A stretch of DNA of 64,000 nucleotides from Azolla caroliniana (taxonomy: Eukaryota; Plantae; Polypodiophyta), in assembly GCA_043228905.1 (NCBI GenBank), contig JBHGNT010000006.1, forward strand, positions 20,584,001-20,648,000, given 5' to 3'. Numbering within the stretch: position 1 is the first letter of the stretch; every line of letters begins with the position of its first letter. Both the position numbers and the translations under genes were made by a program. Under the pieces are notes generated by a model. That model saw only the letters and a program-made list of their open reading frames with translations. It had not been told where the DNA came from and did not search any database. Positions 52,659-64,000 of the stretch are shown in pieces.

Positions 52659-55600
52659 CGTTGTCGGGAAGATCCGTCACTACGTGCGGATCATGAGGCG
52701 GAACCACCGGGGTTTTGGATCAGAAGGATTCAAAGTTTACGCTACTTTTACCGAGAAAGTATTTAAGATAGATTGAGAGAGATTGATATGGCGAGAGAGA
52801 GATATTGAAATAAAGATTTAACTCTTGATTCTAGATTTGAGAGAGAAGATACATCAACAATAGGGTTACAATTTTTTTATTTGATCATCCAAAAATTTTA
52901 CATTAGTCCTTTCATCTTTTTCTTCCCCTCTTTTATAGATGCCCTCATGCATGTGAGGGTACAAGACATGCATAAAATGCATGTTTGCCATTTGGTGCTC
53001 ATGTATTACATGTGGTGCATGATAACCATGTCACTCATTTTAGCTCTCATGTATGAGAATTTACATGTAAATTTATAATGATAAAAATATAATTCCAAGA
53101 AAATGTGTTGGTTTAGTGGTAAGTTTATTGACTCTCAACTTGGAGGTGCAAGGTTCAAATCTTTACTTTCCCTCCTTGTGTATATGTATATGTATATGTA
53201 TATGTATGACATCCACCCCCACCAAACCGCACGTCCTCTAAGATTTCGGCTACGGTGATCAATTAGATTCCTCCACGTCCTTATTCACATTCGTCGTACT
53301 ATCTTCATCGTCGAGGTGATCAAGGTCAGGATCCTCGTCTTGTCTTTTCTTGAAAACCTTTACTCTTTTTCCCACAATGGGTATGGCCAACCTTGATCCA
53401 TCTAGCTCCGCAAGGTAGTATGTGACATTGTTGTTGGCACTTATCACCACATACTGTCTGAACCATCTTCTAGCGAACTTTCTTGTTGTACTGTGTTGAT
53501 TGTCAAGGCTGCTGTCGTAGACCAATACCCAATCTCCTTCTTCGATCTTCCTGGGACGCAGTCGATGCATCTTGTCGAACCGAATTTTGTTCTTCACTCG
53601 GGTTGCCTCCATCATTTTTCTCGCATGTTCTACATCTTCAGGTCTCCTTTCAAGTTGCCTTATCCGTGCCGCTAATAATTCTTCTCGGCTCATCTCGTTC
53701 TCCCATGGTATTGCTACCCATGAGGCGATTGTCCTTTCGATGGGCATCACCGGCTTTTGTCCATACATAAGCTCCGTTGGCATATACCCTATCACCGAGT
53801 TGTGTGTCGTTTTGTTGGCCCACAAGGCATAGGGCAATAGTCGTGGCTAATTCCCGACTCGACCGTTGCATGCTCGTACGATGGCTTTGACGATGGGTCC
53901 ATGCCCTCACTCGATCTTCCCATTCGCTTCTAGATTGTAGATAGTCATGAGGGAGAGCTTCACGCCTAGTCGTTCGAAAAGCTCCATTGCTTCGTGTGCA
54001 TCCAACTCCCCTTGGTCGGCGACTATCTTCCCCACACATCCGTATTGGCAGACAACCTCTTCAAGTAGAAATTTGCAAACAACTGACATCGTCTTATTTG
54101 TCAAGGCCTGCCCTTCCACTTGATTTGTCAAGTCTTCTCTTGCCAGCACTAAGTACTTCATTTGTCCCAGTCCCATTGGCATCGAGACCAGATCAACCAT
54201 CCATTTGAAGTGTATGGTGAGCGGGTATGTCGGTCGTAGCTCATCACGATGACGTATGTTGGAATGTACTTGTCAAGTTTCGCATGTGGACACGAAAATG
54301 GAGTACATCTTTGTACATGCTTGGCCACCAATACTTTTCCTTCAACTTTTCGAACGTCGCCCATGTTCCTCTATGACCTGCCCAAGCACTCTCATGAAAT
54401 TCGATCATCAACGTCACTTGCTCTTCTTTCTTCACCACCACTCGGCGTGGTATTCCCGTCCTTCTTTTTGGGTGTCGCCAAAGGAATCCTCCCTTTAGGA
54501 AGTGTCGATAAGCTTTCTTCCGGATTCGTAGAGCCTCCTCCTTTGTCAACGAAGCATTCGTTGTCATTGTTCTTAAGAATCTGCCGATCAGTAACCACTC
54601 TCCTTCGTCCTCGTCCTCGTTGAAGGCGTGGAAGGTTAGTGTGTCCTTGTCTTCTACTGATAATCGAGCCATCTTGAAGAAGTCGAGGGTGGCGTCTTCA
54701 TCTTCCGAAACCATGTCACTTTCACTTTCAAATCTTGCCCTTGGCAGCATATCAGCCATGGCGTTCTTCTTGCCTGCAATGTGGTAGATCTCTGGGCTTA
54801 AAGACTTGATATAGGCGATCCACCTTAGCATAACTAAATCTGGGGTCGCACATCCCGATATCATTCTGAGGATTGGGAGACAATATGTCTCTATTATCAC
54901 TTCTGACCCGATCAGGTAATCTTTGTCCGTCTTCACTGCCGACACAATACCCCAAAGTTCCCCCTTGACTTGGGCGTATCTTTGTTGCCATTCGCTAAGA
55001 ACTTTTGCTCCGAACCGGATGGCATACCGCGCATTATCTTCTCCTTCTTGGTTGATGACCCACCCGATTCCGATTGGGCTCGTATCTACAGTCACATAAA
55101 TCGGCTTTCCTTCGGTTTAGTCAACCTTTCTTAGTGTTGGAGCTTCAAGAAGTAGTTTCTTTAATCTTCGCATCGAGTTCGTGTGTTCGTCACGCCATTC
55201 GAACTTCACTCTTTTCTTTAGCAATCCATATAATGGCTCGACGACATGAGCGTAGTGCGGAATCCATATATGGTAAAATGTGCATGCTCCAAGGAACCTT
55301 CGAACCTCCATTTGGTTTACGCATTCTTCTTTCATGTCTTGGATCGCGTTCACCTTTGATGGCAAAGGCTTTCGGCCGTATGCTCCACATAAGTGACCTA
55401 CCACCAAGATCTCTGGTTGCTCGAATGCGGATTTCTCTCCCAAAAATGTCAAATTCGTGTCTTCGAGCCTTTGGAGCACCTTCTCGCAATCTTTCATATG
55501 ATCCGCGACGAACTTTCTACACCCTTCCTTATCTTTTGATTCATTCTTCTCTTCATCCGAACATCCTTCTATTGGAATATCATCCAAGAATGGCATCGTG

Positions 55601-58357
55601 ATGTCCAGGATGCAATCCTTCAAGACCTTGTTCATGGCATTCACCATATGAGCCACCGAGTTTGTTGCACCTTGAGGTAAGGTACACATCCGCACGAGCC
55701 CAATCAGAGTCCTCATGGTTGTAATGTCACAATTTTCGATTGCCAATTGGAATTGGTCATATCTGGAGTAGAGATCACCAATGGAGTAGATGGACCGGCC
55801 CTCAAACACCTCGACAAATTCGTCCACGCTCGAACCGATTCCAACATTTCGAATTGTCACCTTGTTGACGGGTTGAAGATCTTGGATGAATCACAATGAT
55901 CCATTCTTCTTCGGCACCATGAACCACCTATTAGAGTAAGGAGCATTCGACGGTTCTAGAATACCCATATTCACTTTCTCCTTTAAGAGCTCGATCAACT
56001 TCGGAAGGTGCGCTCTTGGAACTGGTATCAGTTTCAAATTCCAAGGCACATGCGGCACCGTGAAGATCACCATCAACGCTATAATCTTTGGGTCGACACA
56101 TCCAATTTCTTGGGGAGAGAACGCGAAGGCTTTCCCATGGCTTTCAAGCATTTCACGAAACTTTTGTTCCTCTTCAGGGAGGAGGAAATCCTCCTTTCCA
56201 ACTCGTAGCTTTCTTTTCATCTCTTCGGTGAAGACATGACCTATTGTCTTTGGATCCCTTAAGCTTGGATCATTAGCGACTTCCGTCATCTTTTGCCAGC
56301 TATCTTCTGGTAGCGGAACCGCAACTGGCTTGATCTTCTTATCCACCGTTTTATATTTTGTGTTGACTTCAGCTTCCTCCATCAAGATGCCACGATAGTA
56401 TTCATCGATGATAGCGTACATGTTGACGGAGTTAACTGAAATCACACGTTGGTCGTGAAGATAGCTGAAGTCCACGACGTCCTCGAGTTCGCCGATGGTG
56501 TTGTTAAATGAGGCTTCTTCCATAATATGAGTCACGAACTCTTCTTCTTCTATTATGTTTTCTTTGTTCAGCATCTTCTCGAATTCTTGTATCCGACGCT
56601 TGTCCTTCTTGTCGGGTAGTACTAGTTTACATGTGGCACTAGGTGTGAAACATGTTGCTTCTCCTCGCAATCCACGCGCTCTTCTTTCTTGTGGGGACTT
56701 GTGATCGCTCGGACTATTTGTGCCCCATGCTTTAATAGTCCGCTCTAAAAATCCGAGGATTCGCCTCCAAGACTATCTCGATTTCTTTCATGATTAGCTC
56801 GCACCGTTAGGAATTGAACAAATCTTTGGTTGTCAAGACTCTTTATTCGAGCAAATGCTGCGCCATTGTCGAACACTTTGGTTTCCATCCGAGATGATGT
56901 GATATACGGTTGTCCTAGGATGACAGGATGCGACGTCGATTCTTGCACAAAGAAGTGTTGATCCATCTCCACATCCATGATCGCGACTTTAACATTTGGA
57001 CAAGCTCCGTACAAGTCCTCCATAGTCTTTGTTGCCACTCGAATCTTCCATCCGTGATTTGTATTGATTGGCTATCTTCCTTTTTTGTAGAAGTCGGTTG
57101 ACATAAGGTTGATCTCTGAGCTGTGGTCGATCAAGGCTACCACGGTCTCTTTCTTCTCCCCGATCTTCACCGGCGTCTCCGTTGTCGCTCGTGCCCAATG
57201 AGGTCAAGTATAGTGGCTGTCCACCATTTCTTCATCAACTTCGTCTCTTGCCATCGTTATGGCATTTGCTTTCGCTTTTAGTGGCTTCTCTTCTTCTTCG
57301 TCTGATTGTTGCCTTTTTCGCTTTACAAGGTCCACGATCGTGTCGTGGAACTCCTTCTTCGTAATGCCGAGTAATTCCCTCAAGGACAAAGTCACGTGGC
57401 TGTCAAGAACGCGTTCCTCGAGAATCTTCTTTAGGTCTGTCGTCTGCTCTATGTCCGACCTTAGCTTATAGGTAGGCATAGTCCTTGTCTTTCGAGCGGG
57501 GTCTTCGACACCAATCTTCACGGGCCGAACCGTTTCTTTGACTCGTTTGCTCAACTCCGCTTTTCGGCTTGCGTCTCCTTCCTCCATTTGCAAGGGTCGA
57601 CTCGTCTCTGCATCTTCTTTCTTTTTCACGTTCCTTGTTTCATGTCTTTTTGATGGGCCTTGCTCTTCTATTCTTTTTCTCTTTTCTTCGACGAACACCT
57701 CGTGGTTGTCGCACATCACTTTCGGGAGTATAGTGTTTTCATCTACCGGATCTGACCACCCGGTTATACTTTGCACACTTGGATTCGCAAGCTCTACCTC
57801 ATTCGATGTGACCTTTCCCTTCTTCTTATACTTGAGAACGGAAGACCAAAACTTTGCTCCCACTTTCGCAGCTTCAGTTTTGTCTTTCCCGACTCTTATT
57901 CCGGCCAACACAGCATAGTGCATCACATCCACATGAGTTGCCTCGGCATCTTCCATAGCTTTCTTCATTCCCCCTCTTCCGAAATTTACTCGCAAGGGTC
58001 TTCTAGTCTTGCTCGAGCAAATCATGTTGTCATCTATGTATACGATATTTTGTCGAATGACATCTCGAAGGCTCGAACAATCTCTTCTCATGTGGTTCAA
58101 GCTGTCACACCACACACATCTAAAGGGTTCTTTTCCTTTTGGGCCCCGTCGATTCATGTTCGCTAGTGTGACCGTCTGAAACTTCTTCGCCAGTTCTTCA
58201 ATTATGTCATCACCAATCTTCTTTTCTTCCGCATTACTTTCGGCGGCTCAGTTACTTTCGGCGGTCTTGCTTTCTCCGTGGTAGTCGATCCCGTCAAGTC
58301 GGTGTCATCAACCCATTGGCGACGCTTGTCGAGCCTATTGCACGCTTGCTTCACCGC

Positions 58358-58840
58358 TGTCGTGAAGATTTCCGGCTACGGTGTGAAACCGGGGTGGAAA
58401 GGGCAAATCGATGGTGTGCAACATGTGCACATGTATAGTAGAGAAACGATGTATAGAATAAGGGGGAGTATTGATCCCACATTGTAACGTCTCTCCCTCC
58501 TTGGGCTATAAAAGGAAGGGAGGGGTCTCTTGTATGGGGTTGCCCATTTTGAGTCATATGGGTATACCAATTTTGTCAAGGGTCATTCTGTTTCTAGGGT
58601 TAGTAACTTTTTTTCTTCTTCTTCTTCTCCTTCTTGAGAAGTCGAGCGCCACAGCTATGGCGGCAAAGCTGTTAGGTTAACTTCCTTTCTTGGGAGCGTA
58701 GCCGGCTCGGAGCCGGGGGTTGTATCTTTTCCCCTGTAATATATATACTTATACCTGTTTGTGCATATTGGTGTATTTGGCGGTGTCAAGAACATAGCCC
58801 TTGTTCCCTGTGCATAAGAGTCGGCGTCCTGCGCATGCTT

Positions 58841-58894
<54 letters not shown>

Positions 58895-59027
58895 TCCTTT
58901 GTCTCTCTCTCGTGTTCGGTTGCCTCCGAGACGTGTTTGGAGTTGGTTTTCTTGGCATCTCGTTTTCCCTCGTCCAAGACCCCCGTGGTCCCGCCCCTTC
59001 TACACGCACGCGCGTATCAACGCGACA
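58358..59027 (+). mobile_element. Solo LTR (670 bp) nested in the gypsy gag
   Basis: TGTCGTG...CGCGACA with a 4-bp TSD ccgc/ccac. Removing it restores gag in frame (DWIAVKQACNRLDKRRQW). TATA at about 58506 and a (CT)n tract. Confidence 0.88.
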
Positions 59028-60171
59028 CCACGATCCAGTCCGCTACAAGCCCATTTGCTTGGGTATCGTCTTCAAGAAGAGTCCCCCATTCTCGTCTATC
59101 CTTCATGTCCACAACTTTCAAGAAGTACAAAGTCTTGTCCTCTTCAAGCAACACTTGGTCCGTGTTGGGGAGACGACTAAACATCTGGTCGAATTCGTCG
59201 TACACCCTCGAGGCGCTCATCTTCTTATTCTTCTTCTTTATCCACTTCATCAAGGCATGTCGTGTCATCCTCGTTGAGTCTTCAGTCACGAACTCCGCTA
59301 ATATCTCTTTCTCAAACTCGGACCATGTTGTCTTACCTTCTTCAAGCTCGATGACGCGTCTTTGGATGTTGTTGGTGACCACCCTCTTGAAACTCGTGAT
59401 TTGTCGTGCTTCAGAAACGTCTCATTGATTCATTTACCTTTTGTATGCGTCAAGGAACTTCGTAATGTTCCTTCCATCAAATTGACCCTCGAGCTCTATG
59501 ACATGGTCGACAACCTTCTCCACGCTCGCATTGTTGTCTCGAGATCTCATCATTTGTTTGATGATTATCATCATCCTTTCGAATTCTCCCGCTTGGTTGC
59601 TTGAGGATGCCATCTCCAAGTATTGGTTTATCCTCGATTTGATCCTTCCCGCCGCCTCTTTCACGTTGGGTTCACCACTTGATTATGTCGTGAAGATCTG
59701 CCACTAGGCGCGGATCGTGAGGTGGAACCGCCGGGGTTCTGGACCAGAAGGATTCGAAGTTTACGCTAGTTTTAGCGAGAAAGTATTTAAGATAGATTGA
59801 GAGAGATTGATATGGTGAGAGAGAGATATTGAAATAAAGATTTAACTCTTGATTCTAGATTTGAGAGAGAAGATACATCAACAATAGGGTTACAAGTTTC
59901 TTATTTGATCATCCAAAATTTTTACATTAGTCCTTTCATCTTTTTCCTCCCCTCTTTTATAGATGCCCTCATGCATGTGAGGGTACAAGACATGCATAAA
60001 ATGCATTTTTGCCATTTGGCGCTCATGTATTACATTTGGTGCATGATAACCATGTCACTCATTTTAGCTCTCATGTATGAGAATTTACATCTAAATTTAT
60101 AATGATAAAAATATAATTCCAAGAAAATGTGTTGGCTTAGTGGTAACCCTATTGACTCTCAACTTGGAGGT

Positions 60172-60519
60172 TGTTGGGATTTCGGTCCCTCCGGATGGGA
60201 TGTCCGGAGATAAATGACGGCAAGCCCGGTTGCGGTTACGAAACCGGAGGATGAAGAGTACCCGGCATGAAGCCGGATGAAGAGTACCCGGTATCGGAGC
60301 CGGATGATGAAGACCCCGGTTACGGAGCCGGATGACGAATGTACCCGGAGAGAGATCCGGATGCGGGGACATATTTGTGAATATGTTTGCCAAGGGCTCT
60401 TGAGGCTATAGTTGTAAATAGCCCGAAAGTCATATGTGTATAAATATGACTTAGGGCAAACAGTTTGTTGTTGTTACTCATCTTTTTTATGTTTTCAGCC
60501 GAGGGAGCTAAGTGAGCAG

Positions 60520-60556
<37 letters not shown>

Positions 60557-60821
60557 GAAGAGGTCGTTGCCTCTGTGTATTACCGCCGCCTGTGGCGAAG
60601 ACAGTGAGCTCAAGGTTGTTGCCTTGTAGCTTCACCATTGTACATCTCTGTTTATAGTGATAGTTGGAGTTTGAGGACTCCCGTGGTTTTTCCCATTTAG
60701 GGTTTTCCACGTAAAACATCCTGTGTACTCTTCTCTCCATTGTCCTCGTACATTTTTTGTATTTCCTGTTTTCTGTGAGTTAATCATATTCCTCGGTTGT
60801 GGCCGAGCACTGTGCTCAACA
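60172..60821 (+). mobile_element. Solo LTR (650 bp) nested in the 5' LTR
   Basis: TGTTG...CAACA with a perfect 5-bp TSD GAGGT. Internal ccgga...acccgg repeats at 60244-60360 and a (GA)n tract. Confidence 0.92.
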
Positions 60822-63800
60822 GAGGTGCAAGGTTCAAATCTTTACTTTCCCTCCTTGTGTATATGTATATGTATTTATTTATCCATCTAGCCGTCGATTG
60901 TTGTCGCTAGATGCCGGTTACGTTGCCAGCTCACCGGCTCCGTCGCCGGTCCGGTTTTGGTTGGCCGAAACATTTGCAAGTAGCCAAGCCACACCCGTTT
61001 ATCCATCCACACATAGATATAAACACAATAACTTTTGCTCTACCTTATATATGGTGAGATCCTTATTTATCCTGTCTATGTGGGATATCTCACAATTTTA
61101 TTTTTCTCTTTGTCTTTGCAAACTTCCTACCCACATAAGTTGACAGTTAGATGTCTGTTTCTTATGTAGTAAAGTGCATCTGGAAGCTCTTCAAGACCAC
61201 CATCTTTTTGTAGTTTTATGTGATTTTCACACCATTTCCAAAAATCTTCACAACATCGGTTCGGTTGGTTTGAACCAAATTGAACCACGAAACTGTGGCT
61301 TAATGGTTTAAACGGTTCGGTTTAGGTTTAAGTTTTTTTTCTGTTTACGGGGGTGAACAGTTCGGTTCAGGTTTAAGAGTTTGATGGTTTTTAAATTTAA
61401 TTTAATTTTTTTAAAACAACCTTTTCATTTTTAAGCCCAATTCTCACATTTTAGGAAAAATCTTTAACATTTTGAAAATTTTAAAATTTAAAATTTAAAA
61501 TTCTACCTAAGTTTGAAAACTAAAACTGAACCACGAAACCATGGTTTTAGCGGTTTAATGGTTTGGATTTTTACCTAATGGTTTTGGTTTAAACAGTTTC
61601 GGTTTAATGGTTTCGTGGTTCGAATCGGTTCGGTCTAGGTTTCAAACATTTTAAACAATTCGGTTTCAAACCGGTTCAGTTTGGACACTCTCGAACCGAA
61701 CCATTGCCGATTGTTAGCAGAGCTAAACAATTATATTGGAGTCATTAAGTCGTCGAGCACTCGAATAGGCCGACTTTAGATGAGCCTTTTTCTACAATTG
61801 ACCATATCTTCACTCTTAGATGCTTAATTCACCAGATTAAAGCAAGTTGCTAGAAGAAATTATATTTGTTGTTTTGTGGACTTTCACAAAGTCTTTGATA
61901 CAATTCCTAGAGTGTCGTTGTTTGAGAAGCTTAAAAAGCTTGAAGATACCATAGGACATGATTTGGGCCATCCATACATTATATGAGCAAGTCTCCGTGT
62001 GTGTACGATATACATGCACCTATTCAATTGCTTTAGTATCACCATTGGTGTAACACAAGGTTGTTCCCTATCATTGACACTTTTGGGGTCTACATTGCTG
62101 AGATTACCGATAATATTGCTCGTAAGGGAGGTAGCAGATTGGACTTAGGGGGCACACAAGTCAATATCTTGCTTTTTAAAAATGATATAGTTTTACTCTC
62201 GGAGTTTAAACACGACCTACAAAGGTACCTTAATGTTGTAGATGACTTTTGTAGAAAAAGAGGATTGGTCGTGAATCTAGGGAAAACTAACATCCTTATC
62301 TTCCACACATCAGTCACCAAACGCTCTCTAATGCACAAGTTGAGGTAGTCGGATCATATGTATATCTTAGAGTCACTTTTAGAGTCGGATCATATGTGAT
62401 ACAAAAGTGCTTCTATTAGCATAGGGGGTAACTTAGTGAACTCTGCTCTAATGATACATAACCAATCACAAGATAGGATATATTGTCAAGCTTCGAGGCA
62501 TCTTGATCATTCTATGAGTATGAATATACTAGCTCTTGATATAGTATTGTGGTAGCTCGGTAAGTTGGCATCCTCTTAGGTATAACCACGACACAAATAC
62601 CACCTTTAATATTTCATGGCGACCGTGATAAAGTGATACACCAAGAAATATGCCAAATTTATACTCGGCATAAATGGATCAACCCACAAGAGCCACTCCC
62701 ATCTAAAATGTTGTACTATAAGGAACATTTCATGCATTTCTCTAAGTTAGGTTTTATTCTATTACCAAAATATCTTGATATAAGCTTACCATATGCACTA
62801 AGGGTTGCTATGTGGACAACTTAGAGTATCATCCCACCATCTTCAGATTGAAAATGGTTATGATAGTTGAGTTCCTAAAGAGGAAAATGTATGTAGATTA
62901 TGTCACATAGGGATATAGGATGGGTACCATTTTGCATGCAAATGTCAAGCTTACATCGAGATAAAGGAAAAATATCAAGACATACTTGAACCCTCCGCCA
63001 CCCTCTCCCAATTACTAGATACCTCGGACATAAAGACACTTAGTAGGTATCTTAGAGCTAAAATGGCATAACGAGAGTAATCTACAAATGTGACCATAAC
63101 CTTTGTACATATTCACTAACACATAATCACTGAATTTTTTTAGGGACATGGGGAGCGATGAACATGGACAAACTTGCACAACTCGGCCTCTCCCTCGTTG
63201 AAGTAGAAAACCAAAGAGAAACCAAATACCCTTGGAGATTGTGCTTCAAAGTTGCTCGTTGTCAAGTGAAGACATTAAGAAGATAAAGGAACATGAGCTA
63301 CCTTGCCTCAAAGCTATTGTTGGGAACCATTTATATCGAGACCATGGGCCACATTCACATCCAAACCCTTCAACCCCCCGATCCTTTTTGAGAGACTTGG
63401 ATGGAAATGAAATAAGTCTTTAGACATAGTCATTCCTTTATAGAACATGTTAGACCCCGTAACACTTGTCTCATGCTAAAACTTTCTTTTTTTCGATGAT
63501 TGGGTACACATCCCATTATTGTAATCAATTGTCTCATGACCAAATTTGGTCTTAGAAGACGTGAATATATCTTTCTTTCTTTCTCTCAAACTCCCACAAA
63601 AAATAGAGAGAGGGGTTCTATCTATCTATCTATGTGTGTGTGTGTTTTATCTTTGTTATGGTTAGCTCTTTTGCTCTTGTGACCACCACCACCACCACAA
63701 GATATGGGCTAATACATGAAGATCGTGGTTATCAACTTCTCACTGGATGGATGGATTCATATAGAGTCCTCTGTCTACATGCACTCATAATGCTCTCGAA

Positions 63801-64000
63801 GAAGTAGGTCTACTTGGAATTTCCTCCCACAAGCCCGAGATCGATGCAACACGAGGATTCTGGAAATTACGTGTGATGGAAGGGTTGAAAGCAAGGGATA
63901 TTTGTGTGCGTACATGCCCAACTTACAAGCACAATCAATCTAGAAGTTTGTAATATCCTAAAGCATTTTCGTACAAAGTTTCTTAAAGTTGTGAAATGAA

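Larger units (their letters stand above)
52662..61255 (-). mobile_element. Ty3/gypsy LTR retrotransposon (gag-PR / RT-RNaseH-INT, no chromodomain seen), inactivated by stops, frameshifts and nested solo LTRs
   Basis: 5' LTR 61255-59686 (TGTTGTGAAGAT...ATCTTCACGACA). PBS TGGTGAACCCAACGTGA at 59677-59661 (tRNA-Trp-like). gag CCHC CVWCDSLNHMRRDC; PR ALIDHSSEINL; RT PQGATNSVAHM...FLDDI; RNase H TVDTSPIGIG; INT DLVSM...DQGE...NGKIE. PPT at about 53224-53212. 3' LTR 53211-52662. TSD tccgt/tcggt. Confidence 0.93.
51837..61716. mobile_element. hAT MITE (TAACAATCGGCAAC family) split by a 9.4-kb nested insertion: 51837-51850 and 61256-61716
   Basis: TIRs taacaatcggcaa / ttgccgattgtta; TSD gcggagct/gcagagct (7 of 8). 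The body matches 41433-41927 in reverse. Confidence 0.85.
51740..63080 (+). mobile_element. Degenerate RTE-like LINE RT split by the nested insertions (pieces about 51740-51836 and 61725-63080)
   Basis: Left piece reads RTVIIGRVISKLCG. Right piece reads FSTIDHIFTLRCLI, YICCFVDFHKVFDTIPR, TIGVTQGCSLS, VNILLFKNDIVLLSE, GLVVNLGKT, which are consecutive LINE RT motifs. Confidence 0.7.

Noticed and set aside
51851-61255. Single foldback or DIRS-like element with long inverted terminal repeats
   Set aside because: The right arm is the gypsy's own 5' LTR (TIR, PBS and TSD all fit), the integrase is DDE-type with no tyrosine recombinase, and the arms are clearly diverged.

Overview
Eukaryotic nuclear DNA from a land plant; a non-seed plant such as a fern is inferred from protein and transposon style. 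Four intact host genes were reconstructed by hand: an intronless BTB/POZ + beta-propeller gene (+, 6371-7813), a two-coding-exon VMA21 V-ATPase assembly factor (+, 17046-18436), a 22-exon divergent Argonaute with an intact DEDH tetrad (-, 26096-20299, about 926 aa), and a 5-exon Mediator subunit MED6 (-, 50943-48650). The rest is rich in transposons: hAT-type MITEs with 8-bp TSDs, L1/Tx1-like and RTE-like LINE relics, solo LTRs, a 125-bp tandem array, and a nest at 51.7-63 kb (LINE < hAT MITE < inverted LTR fragment + Ty3/gypsy element < two solo LTRs). The most notable signals are: the unusual Argonaute; a probable -1 ribosomal frameshift with a pseudoknot placed after the protease in the gypsy element; an Ac/Ds-style excision footprint whose flank is duplicated next to the relocated MITE; a 230-bp antisense gypsy RT piece inside a LINE; and an LTR-derived hairpin upstream of MED6. 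All calls come from manual reading; no searches were run.
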